The notes under the pieces are model-generated. The model saw nothing but the letters and a program-made list of their open reading frames with translations. It did no database searches and was not told the origin of the DNA. Positions 6,750-15,418 of a DNA stretch of 19,799 nt are shown here, one piece after another; positions within the stretch are counted from its first letter, which is position 1, and each line of letters opens with the position of its first letter. Source of the DNA: Polyangiaceae bacterium (GTDB taxonomy: Bacteria > Myxococcota_A > Polyangia > Polyangiales > Polyangiaceae); the NCBI GenBank assembly GCA_044222475.1, contig JBGANF010000141.1:1-19799 (forward strand), read 5' to 3'. The translations under genes and the position numbers were made by a program.

Positions 6750-7424
6750 TCAGCAGCCGCACTTGTGGGTGTTGCCGCTCACGTTGCAGCTCTCGCCGCC
6801 GAGGCCGAGGAACCCGCAACCGCAGATGCTCCCGCAGCAGCTCTTTCCGCAGGCCCCGCAGTTCGACTTGGAGTCGAGCTTCGTCTCGCACCCGTCGCCC
6901 ATGTTGTTGTTGCAGTCCCCGTAGTCGGGGAGGCAACCGGCGCAGGTCCCGTTGCTGCACTGGACGTTCGCGGGGCAATCGGTGTTGGTGCAGCACTGCT
7001 GGCACTTGCCGCTGCAGTCCATCTGGCCCGAAGGACACGCGCACGTGCCGACGCCGCCGTCGCCGCCGCCCTTGCTCTCGAAGCCTTGATCGCAGGTGAA
7101 ATCGCAGGTGCCCTGAGTCGTGCACTTGGCGGTGGAGTGGGTCGGGATCGGGCAGGGGTCGCCGCAGCCTTGCGTGCACCCCACGTTCGGCGTGTTCGCC
7201 TGGTCCTGGCGGCAATCGTTGCCGCACTTGTGGAAGCCGCCGGCGCACGACGAGCACGTCGGTCCGCTCTTGCCGGTCGGGCAGTTGCCGTTGCCGTCGG
7301 TCTTGAGGGCGCCATCCTTCGCCCCGCCGTCGGTCACGCCGCCGTCTTCGTCGCCGCCCGCTTCCCCGGTCGCGCACGCGCCACAGACGAGAGGAAACAG
7401 GACGACCATCCACCGGAACTGCAT
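6750..7424 (-). CDS. Cysteine-rich secreted protein, probable lipoprotein (myxobacterial Cys-rich repeat type)
   Basis: ATG 7424 preceded by GGAGAC; MQFRWMVVLFPLVCGAC signal with a noncanonical lipobox; DGG linkers; 34 Cys by hand count; CET.L....NCGACG.SC motif. Confidence 0.8.
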   Translation of the reverse strand: MQFRWMVVLFPLVCGACATGEAGGDEDGGVTDGGAKDGALKTDGNGNCPTGKSGPTCSSCAGGFHKCGNDCRQDQANTPNVGCTQGCGDPCPIPTHSTAKCTTQGTCDFTCDQGFESKGGGDGGVGTCACPSGQMDCSGKCQQCCTNTDCPANVQCSNGTCAGCLPDYGDCNNNMGDGCETKLDSKSNCGACGKSCCGSICGCGFLGLGGESCNVSGNTHKCGC

Positions 7425-7493
7425 GGTGTCTCCCGCTCCGAGAAGGCTATCGGCCGCACCCTCGGCGCGCAAGCAGACGGCGACGATTTCGCC

Positions 7494-8399
7494 TCAGCGG
7501 CGCGTCCCGGTCGCGATCGCCGGCCGCAGCCCGAGGACGATCAATGGCTCGGGCGAGGCGGCGAAGCGTACGACGTCGCCGAGCCCGCAGTCGAACGCCG
7601 CGTGCTCGCCGTCGAGGAACACCTTTGCAGTCTGCATCTTGTTGAGGACGACGATCTCGGCCGACTCGGGCACCGTTCCCCGCGCCATCGCGATGTCGCG
7701 ACCGCGCGCCGAGTACGGCTCGCGCACGACCCACTGGATGAGCTTCGACGTCAACGGCAAGACGCGCCCGCCGGCGCTCCGCTGCGCGGCGGTCGAGCCC
7801 GCGGCCGGGCCGACCCAGATCCCGCTCGAGCGCTGCTCCTCGCTCGTGCGTCGGTCTCGCTTGCGCACCTCGAGGATGTACCGCGACGTCGCCGCCGGAG
7901 ACGCGTGGCAGAACAGCGCGTCGTTGAGCACGCGCTGATGGACGACTTGATCGTTGATGGCGACCGCCATCCGCGTCAGCGTCACCCGGGTCATCCGCTG
8001 ATCGACGAGCGCGCGGAGCGCCCGCCGAACGCCGCCCTTGCGCGCTCCGCAGAAGAACCCCACCGAGTCGCGCGGGGCGCTGTTGATCCCGAGCACCGGC
8101 GTCGCCGGACCGATGCGGTGAGACGCGAGGAGCAGGGTGCCGTCGCCGCCGACGGTGATCGCCGCGTCCGCCGACGCAGCCGCCCGGCCGAGCGGCGTCA
8201 CGTCCTCGAAGACCTCGGCGTCGATGCGGAGCTCGCGGAGCGCGGCGTCCACCTCCCGCACCGTCGCCTCGTGGTCGTCGTGGGCTTGGAGCAGTCGCGC
8301 GACCGTGCGGTCGCGCCGCTTGATCAACGCGCGCACCCGCGCATCGTTCTCGCCGTAGGCGCGGTACGCGGTGCGCTTGAGGACGACGACGACGCGCAT
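7494..8399 (-). CDS. nadK: NAD(+)/NADH kinase
   Basis: VGGDGTLL signature, PVLGINS, LND motif, SSG...AAGSTAA..SAGG, VREP. Confidence 0.88.
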   Translation of the reverse strand: MRVVVVLKRTAYRAYGENDARVRALIKRRDRTVARLLQAHDDHEATVREVDAALRELRIDAEVFEDVTPLGRAAASADAAITVGGDGTLLLASHRIGPATPVLGINSAPRDSVGFFCGARKGGVRRALRALVDQRMTRVTLTRMAVAINDQVVHQRVLNDALFCHASPAATSRYILEVRKRDRRTSEEQRSSGIWVGPAAGSTAAQRSAGGRVLPLTSKLIQWVVREPYSARGRDIAMARGTVPESAEIVVLNKMQTAKVFLDGEHAAFDCGLGDVVRFAASPEPLIVLGLRPAIATGTRR

Positions 8400-8402
8400 G
8401 CT

Positions 8403-9038
8403 CTAGGGCCCCAGAAGGTCGCGAAGCCGGCGAAGACCGAGCTCCGTCTTGAGGTCGCGGATGCGCCCCGACGCGCAGTGCTCGAGGGCCTCGCTCAAGG
8501 GAAGCATCGCGAGCGCGGCGCCGTACTCGAGAGGGGAGTCGTCTCCCGGTGGCGGATGCAGCGCCGCCGGATCGACCTCCGCATGAAAGTAAGCGTGCAC
8601 CTCGCCGATCATTCCGGGAACGGGGAACATCCAAGGACCGAGATCGCGCAGCGCGCTCGGCTCGAGCTTCGCACCTACCTCCTCGTAGAGCTCGCGCGCC
8701 GCCGCCACCCGCGGGTTTTCGCCTGGCTCGATGAGCCCAGCCGGCAACTCCCAGAACATCGCATCGTGGGCGGGCGCCATCGGGCGGGAAGCCGCCGGCG
8801 GCCGGATGCACGAGCGCAATACGACGTGTCTCGCACCTTCTCGCACGAAGTGGGCGCACACGATCGCGGCGTCCAAGCATCGCCGGCGGACGATGTCGTA
8901 AGAGAACGGCACGCTCTCCGTTCCATCCGGGTAGTGCGCCACGAGCTCCACCCTCCGAAGTTCGAGGAAACCAGGGCCGGCGGAGCCCTCCTCGCGCGTT
9001 TGTCGAAGCACGATCGGGGGCGGATCCGGCAGGGTCAC
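8403..9038 (-). CDS. Nudix hydrolase (ADP-ribose pyrophosphatase/NudF-like)
   Basis: Nudix box ELPAGLIEPGENPRVAAARELYEEVG; PG downstream and C-terminal G.I.D.KT. Start is uncertain (GTG 9038 chosen; the ORF is open to 9170). Confidence 0.85.
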   Translation of the reverse strand: MTLPDPPPIVLRQTREEGSAGPGFLELRRVELVAHYPDGTESVPFSYDIVRRRCLDAAIVCAHFVREGARHVVLRSCIRPPAASRPMAPAHDAMFWELPAGLIEPGENPRVAAARELYEEVGAKLEPSALRDLGPWMFPVPGMIGEVHAYFHAEVDPAALHPPPGDDSPLEYGAALAMLPLSEALEHCASGRIRDLKTELGLRRLRDLLGP

Positions 9039-9187
9039 GCCGCCGAGCCTATCAAGAATCGCGACGGAATGACGATGGACAGGGCCGCGTTCTACCTTCG
9101 CTTTCGCTGGGCTCTCGACGCGATTATGCTCCAGAACGACAAGGGAACTTTGAGCGCGTTCACACGTCACAACTCAGTAGAGCCAAC

Positions 9188-11413
9188 ATGAGCGTGCAAG
9201 AAGACCCGAAGCCCGAATCCAGCGAGACGCCTGCGGAAGCGCCGCCCGCCGAACCCTCGACGCCGCCGCCCGCCGATCCGCTGCCGGAGACGAAACGCGG
9301 CGGAAGCGTGAGCGACATCGCGCAGGCGGCCGCGCGCACCGAGCGGCGCATGCGCCTCGTGCGCGCGCTCGCGTGGGGAACGACCGCGCTGTGCATCGGT
9401 CTCGGCGCGGCCGGCATCACGCTTGCGGTCCGCAAGACCGACAAGATCAGCGACAAGGCGACGAAGGGCCTGCTCGTCGCCGAGGGGCTCGCGGTCCTCG
9501 CCGTGGCGTCCGCCGGTTGGATGCGGCGCCTGCCGAGTCGCGCCGGCGCGATCGCGCTCGACCGCCACCACGGACTCCACGATCGCCTCTCGAGCGCGCT
9601 GACGTTCGCCGAGGAGAAGGAGCCCTCGCCGTTCATGGCCGCCGCGATCGACGACGCAGTCGCGGTCGTGCACACGGTCCAGCCGCGCAAAGCCGTACCG
9701 CTCAAGGCCCCGCGCGATCTCGCGATGGCCGCCGTGCTCGGCATGGCGGTGACCGCGGTCGCCCTGTTCGAGGTGCGCGAGCACAAGCCGGCGATCTCGC
9801 AGAAGACGATCGATCCGGTCGACGTCACCGCCGACGACCTCGACGCGATGCGCGACTTCCTCAAGGAGCAGGAGCAGAAGAACCAGAGCGACGAGGCGAA
9901 AGAGGCGACGAAGGAGTTCAACCAGCTCATCGAAGACCTTGCCGCCAAGCGCCTCGACCGCACCGAAGCGTTCCGACGCATGCAAGCGCTCGAGGACAAG
10001 CTCCTCGAAGGTCGCGAGGTCGATCACAAGCAGCTCGAAGAGCAGCTCCAGCAGATCGGCGAAGCGCTCAAGAAGAGCGACATGTCGAAGCCCGCCGGCG
10101 AAGCGCTCGACCAGAAGAACCTCACCGACGCCGAGAAGCAGCTCCGCGATCTCGCGAAGAAGCTCCGCGAAGGCGGCGGCCAGATCGACAAGCAGCAGCT
10201 CGAGAAGCTGCGCGAAGCGCTCAACCAAGCGTCGCAGGACGCGGAGAAGCACAAGGAAGCGGTCGAGAAGGCGCGCGACGCGGCGAAGCAGGAGCTCTCG
10301 CTCCTCAAGCAGAAGATGGGCGACGCCGGCCCGCGCACCGACGAAGAGAAGAGCCTCCTCGAGAAGAAGGAGCGCGAGCTCGATCGCCTCGAGCACGAGC
10401 TGCAGCAAGCGGACGCGACGCAGCGCCAGCTCGACAAGCTCGATCAGGATCTCCAGAAGGCGGCCGAGGATCTCATGAAGGATCTCGGTCTCTCGGCGCA
10501 GGACCTCGAGCAGGGCGCCGAGGACATCCAGAAGATGCAGCAGCAGGAGATGACCCAGCAGGAGAAGGAAGAGCTGAAGCAGAAGCTCGACGAGCTCCGC
10601 GAGATGCTTCGCCAGCAAGGGCAGGGCGGCCAGCAGCAGATGGTTCGTCTGCAGCGCTTCCAGCAGCAAGCGCACGGCCAAGGCGGTCAGCAGGGGCAAG
10701 GTCAGCAAGGCCAAGGTCAGCAGCAGCAAGGCCAGGGTCAGCAGGGTCAGGGCCAGCAGGGCCAAGGCCAGCAGGGTCAGGGTCAGCAGGGCCAAGGTCA
10801 GCAGGGCCAGGGTCAGCAGGGCCAGGGTCAGCAGGGCCAAGGTCAGCAGGGCCAGGGCCAGCAGGGCCAAGGTCAGCAAGGTCAGGGTCAGGGCCAAGGC
10901 CAGCAGGGTCAGGGCCAAGGCCAAGGCCAAGGTCAGGGTCCCGGTCAGGGCGGCGCCGGCGGATCGCAGCCGGGCCCCGGCCCGGGCGAGGTCTGGGTCA
11001 TCGGGCCGAACGGCGAGAAGATCCTCGTGATCACCAAGGGCCAAGGCCAAGGTCAAGGACAGGGCCAAGGACAGGGCCAAGGCCAAGGCCAAGGCGGTCA
11101 AGGTGGCCAGGGCGGCCAGCAGGGCCCCGGCTGGGGCACCGGCCACGATCCCAACGTTCAAGGCGGCGCGTCGGGCATCAAGTACGGCACGCAGGACACG
11201 CAGGTCGCCGGCCAAGACACCGGCCAAGGCGGCAGCCGCAGCGAGGTCATCCAGGGCGCGGCCGAGCGCGGGTTCTCATCGCGCGGATACCAGAAGGTCT
11301 ATCGCGAGTACCATACGGTCGCCGAAGAGGCGCTCAACAAGGACGAGATCCCGGGTGGCTATCGCTTCTACGTGAAGCGCTACTTCCAACTGATTCGCCC
11401 GCGCGATCAGTGA
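9188..11413 (+). CDS. Membrane-anchored coiled-coil protein with a Gly/Gln low-complexity region (first gene of the MoxR operon)
   Basis: Three N-terminal hydrophobic segments, LDRHHGLHDRLSSAL motif, long Q/E/K/L heptad region, (GQQGQ)n, and C-terminal AEEALNKDEIPGGYRFYVKRYF as seen in MoxR/VWA-operon partners. Confidence 0.8.
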   Translation: MSVQEDPKPESSETPAEAPPAEPSTPPPADPLPETKRGGSVSDIAQAAARTERRMRLVRALAWGTTALCIGLGAAGITLAVRKTDKISDKATKGLLVAEGLAVLAVASAGWMRRLPSRAGAIALDRHHGLHDRLSSALTFAEEKEPSPFMAAAIDDAVAVVHTVQPRKAVPLKAPRDLAMAAVLGMAVTAVALFEVREHKPAISQKTIDPVDVTADDLDAMRDFLKEQEQKNQSDEAKEATKEFNQLIEDLAAKRLDRTEAFRRMQALEDKLLEGREVDHKQLEEQLQQIGEALKKSDMSKPAGEALDQKNLTDAEKQLRDLAKKLREGGGQIDKQQLEKLREALNQASQDAEKHKEAVEKARDAAKQELSLLKQKMGDAGPRTDEEKSLLEKKERELDRLEHELQQADATQRQLDKLDQDLQKAAEDLMKDLGLSAQDLEQGAEDIQKMQQQEMTQQEKEELKQKLDELREMLRQQGQGGQQQMVRLQRFQQQAHGQGGQQGQGQQGQGQQQQGQGQQGQGQQGQGQQGQGQQGQGQQGQGQQGQGQQGQGQQGQGQQGQGQQGQGQGQGQQGQGQGQGQGQGPGQGGAGGSQPGPGPGEVWVIGPNGEKILVITKGQGQGQGQGQGQGQGQGQGGQGGQGGQQGPGWGTGHDPNVQGGASGIKYGTQDTQVAGQDTGQGGSRSEVIQGAAERGFSSRGYQKVYREYHTVAEEALNKDEIPGGYRFYVKRYFQLIRPRDQ
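10676..11125 (+). repeat. Coding GQQGQ/GQ tandem repeat (15-bp and 6-bp units)
   Basis: Repeated GGT/GGC-CAG-CAG-GGC/GGT-CAA/CAG, interrupted at about 10940-11038. Confidence 0.9.
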
Positions 11414-11450
11414 CGACACAGCACACACAACACAGCGACACGAGGAGACG

Positions 11451-12498
<1,048 letters not shown>

Positions 12499-12521
<23 letters not shown>

Positions 12522-13443
12522 TTTCCTGACTGGCGGCGCGAAGAAGAGCGCTGTCGCGACCGAGAGCGACGATCTCTTCGACGACGACTTCCAACGCAAG
12601 CTCGACTACCTCGCCCTCGTGAGCCGCAAGGTGTTCGCGGGGCGCATGCGCGCCGAGCGGCGGACGAAGAAGACCGGCAGCGGCATCGAGTTCGCCGACC
12701 ACCGGGACTACCAACCGGGTGACGACTTCCGCTACTTGGACTGGAACGTCTACCAAAAGTTCGGCCGACTCCTCCTCCGTCTGTTCGAGGAAGAAGAGGA
12801 TCTCGCCATCTACTTGATCGTGGACGCGAGCGGCTCCATGGCGTTCGGCGACGCGGAGAAGCTCCGCCAAGCCAAGCGCCTCGCCGCGGCGCTCGCCTAC
12901 GTCGGCCTCGCGAACCTCGACCGCGTCTGCATCGTCTCGACCAGCGATCAGATGATGGGGCGCATGCCGGAGACGCGCGGCAAGGCGCGCATCTTCAAGG
13001 TCTTCCGTTTCCTCCGCTCGGTCGAGCCCGCCGGCGTCACCGATCTCGAGGACGCGCTCAAGACGTTCGTCGCCCGCCACAAGCGGCGCGGCATGGCGGT
13101 CTTGATCAGCGATCTCTACGATCCGAAGGGCTTCGAGAAGGGCATCAACGTCCTCCGCTACAACAAGTTCGATCCGTTCGTCATCCACGTGACCGACAAG
13201 CGCGAGGCGAAGCCCAAGCTCGCCGGCGACATCCTCCTCTACGACTGCGAGACCGGTGACGAGCGCGAGGTCACGGTGACGGCGAAGGTGCTCACCAAGT
13301 TCGAAGAGGTCTACGGGGGCTACCTCAAGGACATCGAGAAGTTCTGCACGTCGCGGCAGGTCCCGTACATCCAGGCCGACGTCACGGTTCCGTTCGACGA
13401 GCTCATCCTCCGAGTGTTCCGCCGCGGAGGGTTCCTCAAGTGA
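12499..13443 (+). CDS. DUF58 domain VWA-like protein
   Basis: GSGIEFADHRDYQPGDDFRYLDWN, MIDAS-like DASGSM, LISD. The start may be TTG 12508. Confidence 0.9.
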
Positions 13444-15416
13444 TCCTCGCCGGGCTCTCGTTCGCGCAGCTCGCAGGCATCTTCGGCGTCGTCGGCGTCG
13501 CGATGATCGGGCTCTACATCTTGAAGCTCCGTCGCCGCGTCGTCGCGGTGCCGTTCTCGCCGCTGTGGCAGAAGATCCTGCGCGACAAGGAGGCGACGAG
13601 CCTCTTCTCGAAGCTCAAGCGCCTCCTCTCGCTGCTCCTCCAGCTCGCGCTGCTCGCGCTGCTCTGCCTCGCGCTCGGCGATCCGCGCGCCGCGGCCACC
13701 CTCATCAAGGGCCGCAACGTCGTCGTCCTGATCGACGCGAGCGCCTCGATGCAGGCGACCGACGTCGCGCCCAACCGGCTCGGCGTCGCCAAGGACGAGG
13801 TGAAGGCCCTCATCCGCGGCATGGGCGGCGCAGACCGCATGCTCGTCGCCCAGATGGACGCGGCCATCACGCCCCTCGGCCCGATGAGCGGTGACACGTC
13901 CGAGCTCGAGCGCGCGGTCGACTCGGTTCAGGCGACCGATGCGCGCGCCGACTTCCCGCGCGCGCTCCGCTTCGCGACCGACACGCTCCGCGGGGTCGAC
14001 AACGGCGAGATCGTCGTCGTGTCCGACGGCAACCTCGGCGAAGCGACCGACGCCGCGGGTGTCGTCCACCTCGGCGACGCGAAGCTCTCGTTCCTCCCGA
14101 TCGGCAAGGCGAAGGACAACGTCGCCGTCACCGAGTTCTCGGTGCGGCGCTACCCGCTCGACAAAGGCCGCTACGAGGTCATGCTCGAGGTCACCAACAC
14201 CGGGACCGAGGTCACCGACATCGAGCTCTCGCTCCTCGGCGACGGCATGCTCGTCGATCTCACGAAGCTCCGCCTGCAACCGGGCGAGAAGCTCCCGCGC
14301 TTCTACCCGAACCTCTCGGGCGCGAGCCGCACCCTCGAGGCGAAGCTCACGGTCATCGGCGACTCCAAGGACGATCTCCCGGCCGACGATCACGCCTACG
14401 CGCTCCTCCCCGAGCGGCGCCGCGCGAAGGTGCTCGTCGTCTCGACCGGCAACAACTACCTGGACGCCGCGTTGCTCCTCGACGAGTACCTCGACGTCGT
14501 CAACGCGACGCCGGCGGACTACGCCAACAAGTACGCCGCGAACCAGGAGAAGTTCGACGTCGTCATCTTCGATCAGGTCACGCCCGCCCAGATGCCCAAG
14601 GCGAGCGCGCTGTACCTCGACCCGCGCGGCCCTGGCTCGCCGGTCAAGGTCGAGGGCGTCATCGATCAGCCCGGCTTCGACAAGATCGAGCGCAAGCACC
14701 CGATCGTGCGGTTCACCGCCCTCGATCAGGTCAACATCGGCAGCGGACACAAGCTCAAGCCCGAGCCGCAGGACAAGGTCATCGGCTCTTCGTTCAACGG
14801 ACCGCTCCTCGTGACCGGCGTGCGCAACGGCTTCAAGTTCGTCGCCGTCGGGTTCGACGTCCGCGACAGCGATCTGCCGCTGCGCGTCGCCTGGCCGGTG
14901 CTGCTCCTCAACATCGTCAACTGGTTCACCGATGAAGACGCGAGCTACATCTCGTCGTTCCGCACCGGAGACGTGTGGCGCATCCCCGTCGGATCCCAGA
15001 CCACCGCCGCGACGCTCACCACGCCTGCCGGCGCCAAGCAGTCGGTGCCGGTCCACGAAGGGCGCGCCGTGTTCCTCGGCCAGCGGGCAGGCTTCTACGA
15101 TCTCGCGCTCCCCACCGGGGCGAGCACCACCGAGGCGCCGCTCCCGGCGCCGACCGGCAGCGCCACCGCGCCGCCGAGCGGTGACACCTCGCTGACGCAG
15201 GCCGGGAGCTCGGTCCGCTTCGCGGCGAACCTCCTCGACGACAGCGAGAGCGCGATCTCCCCGGCGGAGAAGCTCACCGTCGACGGACACGATGCCACCG
15301 CCGTCGAAGGCTTCCACGTCGGCGTCCGGCGCGAGGTTTGGATCTACCTGCTCCTCGCCGTCATCCTCATCACCGTCGTCGAGTGGGCGACTTATCACCG
15401 AAGGATCACGGTGTAG
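13440..15416 (+). CDS. BatA-domain/VWA membrane protein
   Basis: BatA-type N-terminus (LYILKLRRR...W...LLLQLALLALLCLALGDP), MIDAS DASASM, VVSDG, C-terminal TM (W...LL..VEW). GTGA overlap with DUF58. Confidence 0.88.
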   Translation: MILAGLSFAQLAGIFGVVGVAMIGLYILKLRRRVVAVPFSPLWQKILRDKEATSLFSKLKRLLSLLLQLALLALLCLALGDPRAAATLIKGRNVVVLIDASASMQATDVAPNRLGVAKDEVKALIRGMGGADRMLVAQMDAAITPLGPMSGDTSELERAVDSVQATDARADFPRALRFATDTLRGVDNGEIVVVSDGNLGEATDAAGVVHLGDAKLSFLPIGKAKDNVAVTEFSVRRYPLDKGRYEVMLEVTNTGTEVTDIELSLLGDGMLVDLTKLRLQPGEKLPRFYPNLSGASRTLEAKLTVIGDSKDDLPADDHAYALLPERRRAKVLVVSTGNNYLDAALLLDEYLDVVNATPADYANKYAANQEKFDVVIFDQVTPAQMPKASALYLDPRGPGSPVKVEGVIDQPGFDKIERKHPIVRFTALDQVNIGSGHKLKPEPQDKVIGSSFNGPLLVTGVRNGFKFVAVGFDVRDSDLPLRVAWPVLLLNIVNWFTDEDASYISSFRTGDVWRIPVGSQTTAATLTTPAGAKQSVPVHEGRAVFLGQRAGFYDLALPTGASTTEAPLPAPTGSATAPPSGDTSLTQAGSSVRFAANLLDDSESAISPAEKLTVDGHDATAVEGFHVGVRREVWIYLLLAVILITVVEWATYHRRITV

Positions 15417-15418
15417 TC

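Noticed and set aside
9100..9131. Sigma70-like promoter (TATGCT at 9125-9130) for the MoxR operon
   Set aside because: The position is plausible but there is no convincing -35 element; too weak to call.
6765..9191. 808-aa plus-strand ORF
   Set aside because: Antisense shadow of three well-supported minus-strand genes, typical of high-GC DNA.
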